Assembly (NCBI GenBank): GCA_040256005.1
Contig: JBDZWC010000009.1
Span: 1 to 42,881, forward strand
Length of the DNA: 42,881 bases
Reading direction: 5' to 3'
DNA from: Deinococcaceae bacterium
GTDB taxonomy: Bacteria > Deinococcota > Deinococci > Deinococcales > Trueperaceae
Shown: positions 28,822-37,859 of the stretch, one piece after another
Layout of the letters: every line of letters starts with the position of its first letter
Numbering within the stretch: position 1 is the stretch's first letter
Translations under genes and position numbers: made by a program
The notes under the pieces: model-generated
Told to the model about the DNA's origin: nothing
Seen by the model: only the letters and a program-made list of their open reading frames with translations
Databases searched by the model: none

Positions 28822-30362
28822 GTCCGCACCTCGTCCTTGAGCGCCCCGGTCACCCTGAAGTTCATCAGGCTCACCGCCAGCGTGATCACGAAGATGATCA
28901 GGGATATGGCCGAGCCAAGACCGTACGCGTAGCCGCCCTGACTGCGGAACGCCTCGTTGTAGGCCCAGCTGATCAAGATATCGGTCCCCCTGGCCGTGGC
29001 GGTGCCCCACGGTACCGGTGGGCCTCCGTCGTTGAGGAGGAAGATGATGTTGAAGTTGTTGAAGTTGAACGCGAACGCGCTCAGCGTCACGGGTACCAGC
29101 GCGCTGCGGAGCAGTGGCCCCGTCACGTCCCAGAACGACCGCCACGCGTTGGCCCCGTCCACACGCGCCGCCTCGTAGACCTCGTCGGGGATCGCCGCCA
29201 ACGCTCCCAGGGTCGCCGTGAGCATGAACGGCAGGCCCAGCCACAGGTTGACGAGGAGTAGGGCGCCTTTGGCAGCGATGTGATCGCCCAACCAGTTGAT
29301 GGGCTGCGCCCCGACGTCCAGCAGGGCGAGCAGGCGGTTTATGACCCCGAAGTTCTCGTTGAGGAACCCCTTCCACACCTGGATCGTGATCACGCTGGGA
29401 AGGGCCCAGGGCACGATCAGCAGCGTGCGGTAGAGGTTGCGGAACCGCAGCGACTTGTTGTTGAGGAGAACCGCCAGGAACACGCCCGCGGCGAGGTTGA
29501 TCAGCACCGTCAGGAACGCGAACGCGACGTTCCACGCGAAGACGGGGAAGAGCGCGCGGCCGGCCTGGGCCGCGATCGTCCTGAAGTTCCGCAGGCCCAC
29601 GAAACCGAAGTCGTTGTACCGAGCGATGCTCTCGGGCTCGAGACCCTCGGGCAACGGCGCCTGGAGTACCAGGCTGTCACCCCTGTCCTCGGCGATGACG
29701 ACCTGCACCGGCTGCCTGTCGAGCCGGAGCGTCACCGACCCCAGGTCGGGTTGGCTGGGCGGTGCCCGCTGAAGCGTCAAGGTGGCGCCGTCCTGGTCGA
29801 CGACCCTGACCTCCAGCGCGAAGCCGATGTCGGGCAGGAAGAGCGAGACGGACTCCACCGACCGACCCTCCGGCGGCGCCTGCTCCAGAGTGAGCCTGTC
29901 GCCATCGATGCTCGCGCCGGTAGCCTCGACTGCGCCCGAGGCGTAGACCACGGCTCGAACGCCGTTGCAGGCGTTCCTCAGGTCGGCGCAGTCCAGGGAG
30001 CGCTGGTCCGCGATCGTAAGCTGGGCACCGTCGACGGCCAGGATCGCCGTCTGGGTCGTCGGGTTCAGCTCTCCGTTGCGGATGCCGGCGTAGTCGGTGA
30101 ACGCCAGACCGACGGTGAGGATGACCGGGAAGAACGTGAACGTGAGCAGGAAGACGATGGCCGGCAGCAGGTAGTACCAGGGCATGAGCCACGCGAAGCG
30201 CCGCGCGAACGCCCGGAGCACGGCCACGAGCACGAACAGGCCGACGATGATGCCGGCGTAGGCGGGCGTAGCAGGGAACACCAGCCGCGCGGCCGCCACC
30301 GACGCCACGCCCAAGACCAGGGCCGCGAGCAGCGCCACGAAGACCAGCGCTAGGGACTTCAC
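28818..30362 (-). CDS. Sugar ABC transporter permease (MalF-like) with a large periplasmic loop
   Basis: Motifs YRTLLIVPWA, NLWLGLPF, YEAARVDGA, FAFNFNNF and TDILIS. The start may lie further upstream. Confidence 0.9.
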   Translation of the reverse strand: MKSLALVFVALLAALVLGVASVAAARLVFPATPAYAGIIVGLFVLVAVLRAFARRFAWLMPWYYLLPAIVFLLTFTFFPVILTVGLAFTDYAGIRNGELNPTTQTAILAVDGAQLTIADQRSLDCADLRNACNGVRAVVYASGAVEATGASIDGDRLTLEQAPPEGRSVESVSLFLPDIGFALEVRVVDQDGATLTLQRAPPSQPDLGSVTLRLDRQPVQVVIAEDRGDSLVLQAPLPEGLEPESIARYNDFGFVGLRNFRTIAAQAGRALFPVFAWNVAFAFLTVLINLAAGVFLAVLLNNKSLRFRNLYRTLLIVPWALPSVITIQVWKGFLNENFGVINRLLALLDVGAQPINWLGDHIAAKGALLLVNLWLGLPFMLTATLGALAAIPDEVYEAARVDGANAWRSFWDVTGPLLRSALVPVTLSAFAFNFNNFNIIFLLNDGGPPVPWGTATARGTDILISWAYNEAFRSQGGYAYGLGSAISLIIFVITLAVSLMNFRVTGALKDEVRT

Positions 30363-30446
30363 GACGCCGCCCGCCGTCGTCCGGCTGGGCGCGAGGCTCT
30401 CCTCGACAGGCCGAGCGATGTCTATGGCTGCCGACCCCCTACGGGA

Positions 30447-30473
30447 GGGCCAGGGGTGTATCGCCCCTGGCCC
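30447..30473 (-). other. Intercistronic stem-loop between the solute-binding and permease genes
   Basis: Perfect 10-bp inverted repeat GGGCCAGGGG...CCCCTGGCCC with no U tract; may stabilise the upstream mRNA or attenuate read-through. Confidence 0.6.
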
Positions 30474-30527
30474 ACCTACCTGATCGCTAGTGCCGCCGCG
30501 TCGTTGCGGGCGCGGCAGCGGTCGAGT

Positions 30528-31715
30528 TCAGCGGCCGAGGATCTCGTCGACCGCTTGGGTCAGCGCGGCCGACACGTCCGAGCCGGCGGAGTCCGTGATC
30601 GTCGTGAGGGCGGTCCCCATGGGTGCCCAGACGGCGCCCATCTCCGGGATGTTGGGCATGGGCTCCGCGTTGAGTAGGGCGGCGCCGAAGCCGGCGATGA
30701 TGGGGTCGTCCTGCACCTGCTCGAGCGCAGACTTGGAAGCCGGGATACGGCCGGAGAGACGGGCGAGCGACACCTGCGCGTCCGTGCGGGTGAGCCACTT
30801 CGCGAAGTTGGCGGCCTCGACCTTGAGGTCGCTGAACTGGTTGACGAGGGCGCCCTGCACCCCCATGAAGCCCGAGAAGGGCGTGCCGTCGGCGAGGGGC
30901 GGCACCGGCACGACGCTGACGTTCAGGCCGGCGTCCTGGTACTGCGGGATGGACCATGGGCCCGTGTAGATCATGGCCAGGGCGCCGTCCACGAACAGGC
31001 CGTTGGCGACGTCGAACGTGGTGCCCGACGGGATTAGGTCCAGCCCGAAGCGGAGCTCCTTGAGCGCCTCGGCGCCCCGGACGGCGCCTTCGTTGTCCAG
31101 CCCTACGTCGGAAGGCACGAGCGAGCCGCTGGCGTCGCGGGCGAAGACGAAGCCGCCGTACGTATGCAGCCAGGCGTACGAGAAGTAGAAGTTCGTCAGC
31201 TCGGCCATGAAGCCGAACGTGTCGGCGGTGGTGAGCTCGGCGGCTAGCTGCATGGTGTCCTCGTAGGTGTCCGGCACGTCCGGTACCAGGTCGTTGTTCA
31301 CGACCAGCGCGGGACCCTCGACGAACATGGGCAGCCCGTAGAGGCGGCCCCTGACGGTGTACCCGAGGCGGGCCTGGTCGGACAGGTCATCGAGGTAGGC
31401 GGCGGTGGCGTAGCCCGTCATGTCGGCCAGGATGCCGCCCACGGCCATCTCGCCGATCTGGTCGTGCGGCACGCCGACGAAGATGTCGCCCGCCTCGCCC
31501 TGCGGCGCGCTCAGCAGCGCCTGCTGTTTGAGCTCGTTGACCTCGAGTCTGACGATCTCGACGTCCACACCGAACCCGGCCGTGAACGAGGCCGCCTGCT
31601 CACGCAGCCAGTCCAGCGACTGGTCCTGGAACGTCGTCCAGACGGTGAGCGTCTGGCCGAACGCGACGCCGGCGAGAGCCAGCGTGGCGGTCAGTGCAAG
31701 CACGAACTTCTTCAA
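30528..31715 (-). CDS. Maltose/maltodextrin-type ABC solute-binding protein (MalE-like)
   Basis: Signal peptide; motifs PHDQIG, TGPW, GFMGVQG and PMPNIPEMGAVW; TTG start with a GGGAG RBS. Confidence 0.9.
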   Translation of the reverse strand: MKKFVLALTATLALAGVAFGQTLTVWTTFQDQSLDWLREQAASFTAGFGVDVEIVRLEVNELKQQALLSAPQGEAGDIFVGVPHDQIGEMAVGGILADMTGYATAAYLDDLSDQARLGYTVRGRLYGLPMFVEGPALVVNNDLVPDVPDTYEDTMQLAAELTTADTFGFMAELTNFYFSYAWLHTYGGFVFARDASGSLVPSDVGLDNEGAVRGAEALKELRFGLDLIPSGTTFDVANGLFVDGALAMIYTGPWSIPQYQDAGLNVSVVPVPPLADGTPFSGFMGVQGALVNQFSDLKVEAANFAKWLTRTDAQVSLARLSGRIPASKSALEQVQDDPIIAGFGAALLNAEPMPNIPEMGAVWAPMGTALTTITDSAGSDVSAALTQAVDEILGR

Positions 31716-31902
31716 GTGGGGTGTCTCCCTTCCGATCTGGGCTGCCCGGCGGGTTCCTCACCAGTCGACAGGTGGTGGCCCGCACCGAAGCACTCCGCCA
31801 AGAGGATACGCGCCGGCGGGCCGGGCGTTCTATGACCAGAGCGTTCGGTCCACGTTCCTGGCCAGTCACCCTGGGGACAGCCGTACCGGAGCCCTAAGCG
31901 CC

Positions 31903-33285
31903 CTAGGGACGGCCGTACCGCGTCCCTTCGAGCAGGGGGCTGGCCGCCGCGAAGCGCCCGTCGTCGCGCCGCAACACCGCGCCGCTCACCTCGAGACGGA
32001 CCAGGGCCCCTGCCAGGAGCGCCGGGGTGGGAGGCCTGTCGAGCCCCGCTGGGTCTATCGCCGACAGCAGCCCGTCGAACGACATGTCTCCGAGCGCCCG
32101 CAGTGCAGCCAGCGCGCGGCCCTCCAGGACACCAAGGGCGGCTGCACCTGCCGGTTCGGCAGCCTGAGCCGCGGGGCCGCCTGAGCCTTTCGGGTGTGCC
32201 GCGGAACCGCTCCTGTCAGGAGGCTGAGGCCTGGTCGGGCTGGCGCCCGTCGAGGCCGTCAACAGCGCAGCCGCGGCTTCCGGCAGTGCCGACAGGGCTC
32301 CGGCCAGGTCACTCAAGTCGATGAGCGGCGCGGCGCCGTCCCTCAACAGAGCCAGGTTGCCTGCCCGCCTGACGTCCGTGGGGCGTGCTGGCACGGTCAG
32401 CACCGGGATCCCGGCGTTCAGGCCGTCTCTGGCGGTGGACAGGGCGCCCGAACGCTCGCCGGCCTCGATCACGACCACGGCCCGGCTCAGACCGGCGATG
32501 ATGCGGTTGCGCGCCAGGAACGACCCGCGGTTGGGCCGGACGCCAGGGGGGTACTCGCTGACGATGGCGCCCCCTCGGGCGAGGATCGTCTCTGCCAGGC
32601 CTTCGTTGGCCCTGGGATGCAGGCGGTCGTGCGCTCCGCCCAGCACCGCCACGGTGGGAGCGACCCGGGTAGCGTCACCGCTCCCGCCGCCGCGGGCCCG
32701 GCGCGCGGCGGCGAGCGAGCCCTCGTGAGCGGCGGCATCCACCCCTATCGCCAAGCCGGAGACGACGGACACCCCGGCCGCCGCCAGCGCGCTCGCCACC
32801 GCCGCGGCCTCACGCAGCCCTTCCTTCGTCGCGCGACGCGTGCCCACGACGGCGACGGAGGCAGTTCGGATGACGTCTGGGTGGCGGACCTGAACAGGCA
32901 ACTTGCCCTGCACGAACATCACCACCGGCGGCCCGACCCGGGCCGCGTGGAGGAGTCGCGGATAGCCGGGGTCGTCGTAGTGCAGGACGCCCAGCCCCTG
33001 ATCCTCGGCGCGGGCGATCAGGTCTTGGCAGGCGGGTAGCAGCGAACTGAGCGAGGCGCCAGTCTCCGCTACGAAGCTGTCGTAGGTCGCGCTGAGCGTG
33101 CTCTTCGCGAGCAGCCGCCTGGCGAGCTTCCGCTGCCCGACGCCCGGTAGCGCCATGAGCGCCAGCGCCTTGGCAGCGAGAGTGGCTCCCACGGGACCGA
33201 GCTTCGCGCGCCCGGCGCGAGCGCGCGCCGCAGGGTGCGAAGCTTGCCGCTCGGTTGCGGGCCGATGCCGAGCCGAGATAGGCAC
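31903..33285 (-). CDS. dprA: DNA-processing protein DprA/Smf
   Basis: Motifs VAVVGTR, VVSGLAIGVDAAAH, RNRIIAGLS and EAGERSGALSTA; C-terminal winged-helix-like segment. Start uncertain. Confidence 0.9.
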   Translation of the reverse strand: MPISARHRPATERQASHPAARARAGRAKLGPVGATLAAKALALMALPGVGQRKLARRLLAKSTLSATYDSFVAETGASLSSLLPACQDLIARAEDQGLGVLHYDDPGYPRLLHAARVGPPVVMFVQGKLPVQVRHPDVIRTASVAVVGTRRATKEGLREAAAVASALAAAGVSVVSGLAIGVDAAAHEGSLAAARRARGGGSGDATRVAPTVAVLGGAHDRLHPRANEGLAETILARGGAIVSEYPPGVRPNRGSFLARNRIIAGLSRAVVVIEAGERSGALSTARDGLNAGIPVLTVPARPTDVRRAGNLALLRDGAAPLIDLSDLAGALSALPEAAAALLTASTGASPTRPQPPDRSGSAAHPKGSGGPAAQAAEPAGAAALGVLEGRALAALRALGDMSFDGLLSAIDPAGLDRPPTPALLAGALVRLEVSGAVLRRDDGRFAAASPLLEGTRYGRP

Positions 33286-33317
33286 CGACCCAGACGCACC
33301 GTCTGCCGCCTAGCGGG

Positions 33318-34760
33318 TCAGGTGCTCACCAGCTTCCAACTGCTGCCCTCGGCGCCGTCCTCGACGGCGATGCCCAGCTCCGCCAGACGGTCCCTCAGCC
33401 TGTCCGCGGCCTCGAAGTCGCGCCGCTCGCGGGCCTTCTGCCGCTCGTCGAGCAGCAGCTGCACCACGCCGGAGAGCGCCTCGGCGGCCTCGTCGTCGAC
33501 CTTCGCCCGGGTGGGCAGGCCCAGCACGCCCGCCATGTGCTCGTCGAAGAACGCGACGGCGCCAGCCGCCAGGGCCGGGTCTCCGCCGTTGTCGAGCTGG
33601 CGCCTTACCTCGCGGGCGGCGTCGAACAGCGCGGCCACGGCGCGAGGCGTGTTCAGGTCGTCGTTCATGGCGTCGGCGAACGCGCTGCGGTGCGTCTGGA
33701 GCGCGGCGTTCCCCGGTTCAACGCCTGCCGGCAGCCGGCTCGCCACTTCCTGAGCCGCCGCGTAGGTCTCCCGAAGGCGCTTCAAGCCCTGCGCCGAGGC
33801 CGTCAGGCTCTCCTCGGAGAAGTCCGAGACGCTGCGGTAGTGAGACCGGAGCAGGTGGAACCGGACCGAGATGGGCTCGTACTGCGCGAAGAGGTCCTCG
33901 AGGGTCACGAAGTGGTCCTTGGACTTGGCCATCTTCTCGCCGCGCAGCGTGATCATGTTCCAGTGCAGCCAGGTCCGCGCGAACGGCATTCCCGCCGCGC
34001 TCGCCTGCGCCAGCTCGCACTCGTGATGCGGGAAGACCAGGTCCAGACCCCCGCCGTGGATGTCGAACTCCTCACCGAGGTACCTGGTGCTCATGACGGT
34101 GCACTCGATGTGCCAACCGGGGAAGCCGGGGCCCCACGGGCTGCTCCAGCGCATGATGTGGTCCGGCTCCGCCTGCTTCCAGAGCGCGAAGTCCCTGGGG
34201 TCGTCCTTGTCGGAACGCACCTCGACGCGGGTGCCCTCGATCAGGTCCTCCGGATCGCGACCCGACAGCCTGCCGTAGTCCGCGAACTCCGAGACGTCGA
34301 AGTACACGTTCCCGCCCCTGACGTACGCATGGCCGTTGGCGATCAGCTGCTCGACCAGCTGGATCTGCTCGCCGATGTGCCCAGAGGCTCTGGGCACGAT
34401 GCTGGGCCGGGCGACGTTGAGCGCCGCCATGGCGTCGAAGTAGCTCCAGAAGTACTTCTCGGCCACCTCCATCGGCTCGATCCGCTCCAGCTTGGCTCGC
34501 TTGACCAGCTTGTCCTCGCCCGCCTCATCGTCCGTCAGGTGCCCCACGTCCGTGATGTTGGTGACGAGGCGTACGACGTACCCTTCGTGCTCTAGCCAAC
34601 GGCGCAACACGTCGAAGACGATCGGGCCGCGAGCGTGGCCGAGGTGTGGGTCGGAGTAGACGGTGGGACCGCACATGTACATCCCGACGCGGCCCTTCAC
34701 GACGGGGACGAACGGTTCCTTCTGGCGGGTGAGCGTGTTGTATAGCTCGAGTGCTGACAT
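33318..34760 (-). CDS. cysS: Cysteine--tRNA ligase
   Basis: Motifs [30 protein letters not shown] and KMAKS. Start ATG 34760 with a GGAG RBS. Confidence 0.97.
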   Translation of the reverse strand: MSALELYNTLTRQKEPFVPVVKGRVGMYMCGPTVYSDPHLGHARGPIVFDVLRRWLEHEGYVVRLVTNITDVGHLTDDEAGEDKLVKRAKLERIEPMEVAEKYFWSYFDAMAALNVARPSIVPRASGHIGEQIQLVEQLIANGHAYVRGGNVYFDVSEFADYGRLSGRDPEDLIEGTRVEVRSDKDDPRDFALWKQAEPDHIMRWSSPWGPGFPGWHIECTVMSTRYLGEEFDIHGGGLDLVFPHHECELAQASAAGMPFARTWLHWNMITLRGEKMAKSKDHFVTLEDLFAQYEPISVRFHLLRSHYRSVSDFSEESLTASAQGLKRLRETYAAAQEVASRLPAGVEPGNAALQTHRSAFADAMNDDLNTPRAVAALFDAAREVRRQLDNGGDPALAAGAVAFFDEHMAGVLGLPTRAKVDDEAAEALSGVVQLLLDERQKARERRDFEAADRLRDRLAELGIAVEDGAEGSSWKLVST

Positions 34761-34879
34761 GTCCTGACTCTCCGGTCGGGTGCGAGGCGGCACGCGCCGC
34801 CTGAGCGGTGGCTCCTGGCCCTCCACGGGCCATGTTTCGTATGTACTGGGGGCGGGGCAGTCCGCCGCCGGCGGCCGTG

Positions 34880-34939
34880 TCAGGCCCCGGCCGAGCGGAG
34901 ACATCGCGTCGCGAGGGGCATGGGTGCCTGGCGCAACAT
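34880..34939 (-). promoter_or_regulatory. Candidate cysS leader peptide (MLRQAPMPLATRCLRSAGA) and attenuator
   Basis: An extended -10 TGcTACAGT (hexamer 34954-34949) precedes ATG 34939. The Cys codon overlaps a segment complementary to the cysS RBS. Confidence 0.45.
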
Positions 34940-34977
34940 GATTGCGGCACTGTAGCACGGGCGATAACGTGCCCGGC

Positions 34978-35601
34978 ATGGCGGGAGAGCGACTCACGGT
35001 GACGCGGGGCGTCCAGCACGAGGACGTCGTCGAGGGCTCCCGCTTCATCGCATGGGTGGAGCCGGTCTCGAGCGCCGACGAGGCGCTGACGCTGGTGACC
35101 AGGGCCCGAACCGAGCACCCCGACGCCACACACCACTGCTGGGCCTATCGGCTGGGCGACGAGATGCGCTTCTCGGACGACGGCGAGCCCGGAGGCACCG
35201 CCGGCCGCCCCATGCTGGAAGTCATGCTCAAGCGGGGTCTGGACGGCTGCGCCGCGGTCGTCACCCGCTACTTCGGCGGCAAGAAGCTGGGCGCCGGCGG
35301 GCTCGTCAGGGCCTACGGCGGCGCCGTGGCCAGGGCGCTCGACGCTGCCGGCGTCGTGCGGCTGGTCCCCTACCAGCGTCTGCGCGTGCGGGCCCCGTTC
35401 GCGAGCGCCTCGGCGGTGCTGAGGGAGCTGGGAGCGGCGGAGAGCGGCTTCGACGCTGGCGGCCTCGTCGTCGAGGTGCCGGTGCCGGCCGCGCAGGTCG
35501 CGGGTCTGGTCGCCCGCCTGGCCGACATCACCAGGGGAGAGGCCTCGGTCGAGCTGCTCGGATCGGAGGAGGGGCCGGCGCGCCATGACCCGGCCGTCTG
35601 A
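34978..35601 (+). CDS. yigZ: YigZ/IMPACT family protein
   Basis: Motifs SRFIA, ATHHCWAY, SDDGEPGGTAG.PML and VTRYFGGKKLGAGGLVRAY. ATG 34978 lies 7 nt after TAACGT. Confidence 0.92.
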   Translation: MAGERLTVTRGVQHEDVVEGSRFIAWVEPVSSADEALTLVTRARTEHPDATHHCWAYRLGDEMRFSDDGEPGGTAGRPMLEVMLKRGLDGCAAVVTRYFGGKKLGAGGLVRAYGGAVARALDAAGVVRLVPYQRLRVRAPFASASAVLRELGAAESGFDAGGLVVEVPVPAAQVAGLVARLADITRGEASVELLGSEEGPARHDPAV

Positions 35602-35749
35602 ACGCGGTTCAGGGAGCCTTCATCGCGGCTCCACCTGCCGGCCGCAGCATGAGAGCATTGATGCACGCCGCCGCGTGCCCGGTTCGCAAGCGGCGCCACG
35701 CACGACGGTCGAGGGATCGGCCGCCAGGGATCACACCGGAGGTGCTGTG

Positions 35750-36403
35750 ATGGAAGTGCCTGAACCAACGCGACCCAGCCGCTCGCAGCGGCGCTCCCTG
35801 CGCCCGGCCCTGGCCGTGGCCCTGTTGGTGGCGGCTGCTCTCACGGCGTGCGCGCCCTCCACCGAGAAGGCGCGGCCCGTCGTGGCGATCATGAACGCAC
35901 CTGCCGAGGCGCGGGCGTCCGGCGCCGCCGAGGCCGTGCAGGACCATCTGCAGCAGGATCCGAACCGCCAGTTCGATATGGTCAGCGCCTTCACGATGCG
36001 CTTCCTGGAGTCGCACACAGACCTGTTCAGGGACAGGGCGGCGCCGTCGGCCGCCCGCATCGCGCGCGACCAGTCGGCAGACCTGGCCGTGATGGTCGGC
36101 GCCCCGGTGCTCGAGCGCGAGGTGACGCTCTCGCGTGACGAGGCCTCTCGCCGTGTCGACGTCTCGTTGGCCCTCGAGGCCCAGGTCGTGGACCCCGCTA
36201 CCGAGGCGGTGGTCCAGACGTTGCGCACGCGCACCCACCAGGGGACGAGGGTCGAGGCGAACGACGCGCCCCTGCCGGAACCAGCGGACGACCCCACCGT
36301 GCAGGCGTTGGTCATGGAGGCGGCGCCCGAGCTGGCGCGGTCGTTGTCGGCGGAGCTGCCGTTCGTGTTCAGCGAGCTGCTGATCGGCGTCGAGGACCGG
36401 TAG
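35750..36403 (+). CDS. Lipoprotein with a possible CsgG/TolB-N-like fold
   Basis: GGAGGT RBS, lipobox LTA-C and the pattern AARIAR...ADLAVMVG...LEAQVVDPAT. Confidence 0.7.
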   Translation: MEVPEPTRPSRSQRRSLRPALAVALLVAAALTACAPSTEKARPVVAIMNAPAEARASGAAEAVQDHLQQDPNRQFDMVSAFTMRFLESHTDLFRDRAAPSAARIARDQSADLAVMVGAPVLEREVTLSRDEASRRVDVSLALEAQVVDPATEAVVQTLRTRTHQGTRVEANDAPLPEPADDPTVQALVMEAAPELARSLSAELPFVFSELLIGVEDR

Positions 36404-36449
36404 CAGAACCGAGCTGGCTCGCCTGGTCGGCAGGCAGGCGGGAGCGCCG

Positions 36450-37859
36450 CTACTGGAAGTACTGGCGGATGATCTCCTGGTACTCGAGCGGCAGGTCGCC
36501 CTCGGTCAGCGCCTCCTCGGCCGCCGCTTGGTAGTCCACCGGCGCCCGGCCGGGCGGCAGCGAGACCTCCGCGTCACCGGGAAGCCTGACGGTGCCGGCG
36601 GGGTTCTCCGGGCCGTCCTGTAGGACTCCAGGCAGCAGTTCGGGGTCACCACCCTGTGCCTGCGCCACGCCGGCATCGGTCTCGTTCCCGCCGCCCGCGC
36701 CAGCCCCCACGGCCTCGAGCGCGTCCTCGGCGGAGCCGTCGTCCGGAGTCAGCCCGGCCGACTGGGAGTCGCCCTGGCTCTCGCCCGGCTCACCGCCGGC
36801 GTCCGGCATGGCGCCACCCTCGCCGTCGGGTTGGTCGCCCGCTTGAGGCTGACCCTGGCCGGGGTCGTCGCCGCTCTCCCCGGACCCGGGCTGACCCTGC
36901 TGGTCCTCGCCGTCACCCTGGTCGCCGCCGTCCGGCTCGCCCTCCGACTGACCCTCCGCCTGCTCTTGCTGAGGGTCCGTACCCGCCTCTCCATCCCCGG
37001 ACGAGGTCTGCCGGTCCAGGTCGACCCTCTGGGCGTCGCCGCGCTCGTCGCCCGGTGACGTGGGCCCCTCGGCTCGGGGAGGCTGCTGGCCCGGGTTGCC
37101 CGGAGCGCCGGCCTGGTCCTGGTCGGGCGGGGAGCTCGGGCGTTCCCTGAGTGAGTCGAGGAACCGCGACAGGGGAGCGTCACCGCCGACGTCGCCGGAC
37201 GGCGGCGTGGCGCCCTGTCCCTCGGCCGAGTCGTCTTCGTCCCGCTGCTGTGAGTCGGGTTCCTCGGCGGCCCGGCCGGGGGCATCCTCGGGGGGAGTGA
37301 CGTCCTCGTCCTGAGGGTCCTGTTGGGCGGCCGCTGGGACCTCGGGCGGGCCCGCCGCAGGCCCGCCGCTGGCGCCGCCGTTCCCCGCGGTCCCCCGAGG
37401 GCCGAGCAGCGGGCCACCCAGGCTGAAGAGCGTGAGGCCCAGGGCGACCGCCAGCGCGGGCAGCCACCAGGCGGGCGCCTGCTCGGGTCGCACGTCGCGC
37501 ACGGCGAGCCGAGCGCGCTCGACGACCGAGCCGTGAAGCCCGAACTCGTCCTCAGCTTCCGAGTCCAACAGCCCCAGAGCCGTCTCGTAGCTCAGGCCGG
37601 CGCGGCGCCGGATCGAACCGAGCGCCTCTGCGACGACTCCGCGCACCGGGATCGCGACACCGGCCGCGAAGCCAACGACACACGCGGCCAGATGCTCGGT
37701 CGCGCCGGCTCGCAAGAGGAGCGCCGCCAGCGAAGCGACGAGAGCACCCACCGCGCCGCGACGCAAACGCACCGACCAGGCCGCGCGCCCCGCCAGTTCG
37801 AGATGCAGCCTGAAGGCGTCCTCGCGCCCCTGCCGGCGGCGACGGGAGGCAGCGATCAC
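36450..37859 (-). CDS. Membrane protein with a long acidic G/Q/D/E-rich linker and a conserved-looking C-terminal tail
   Basis: About three hydrophobic segments, a low-complexity region and C-terminal LPLEYQEIIRQYF. GTG 37859 overlaps the upstream stop. Confidence 0.7.
   Translation of the reverse strand: MIAASRRRRQGREDAFRLHLELAGRAAWSVRLRRGAVGALVASLAALLLRAGATEHLAACVVGFAAGVAIPVRGVVAEALGSIRRRAGLSYETALGLLDSEAEDEFGLHGSVVERARLAVRDVRPEQAPAWWLPALAVALGLTLFSLGGPLLGPRGTAGNGGASGGPAAGPPEVPAAAQQDPQDEDVTPPEDAPGRAAEEPDSQQRDEDDSAEGQGATPPSGDVGGDAPLSRFLDSLRERPSSPPDQDQAGAPGNPGQQPPRAEGPTSPGDERGDAQRVDLDRQTSSGDGEAGTDPQQEQAEGQSEGEPDGGDQGDGEDQQGQPGSGESGDDPGQGQPQAGDQPDGEGGAMPDAGGEPGESQGDSQSAGLTPDDGSAEDALEAVGAGAGGGNETDAGVAQAQGGDPELLPGVLQDGPENPAGTVRLPGDAEVSLPPGRAPVDYQAAAEEALTEGDLPLEYQEIIRQYFQ

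Noticed and set aside
34761..34960. T-box riboswitch upstream of cysS (also considered for thrS)
   Set aside because: No T-box consensus (GGTGGNACCGCG) and no U-tailed terminator; thrS appears leaderless.
36600..37400. Repetitive-looking DNA (possible tandem repeat or CRISPR)
   Set aside because: It reflects low-complexity G/Q/D/E/P coding sequence. I saw no fixed-length repeat-spacer periodicity here or elsewhere in the window.
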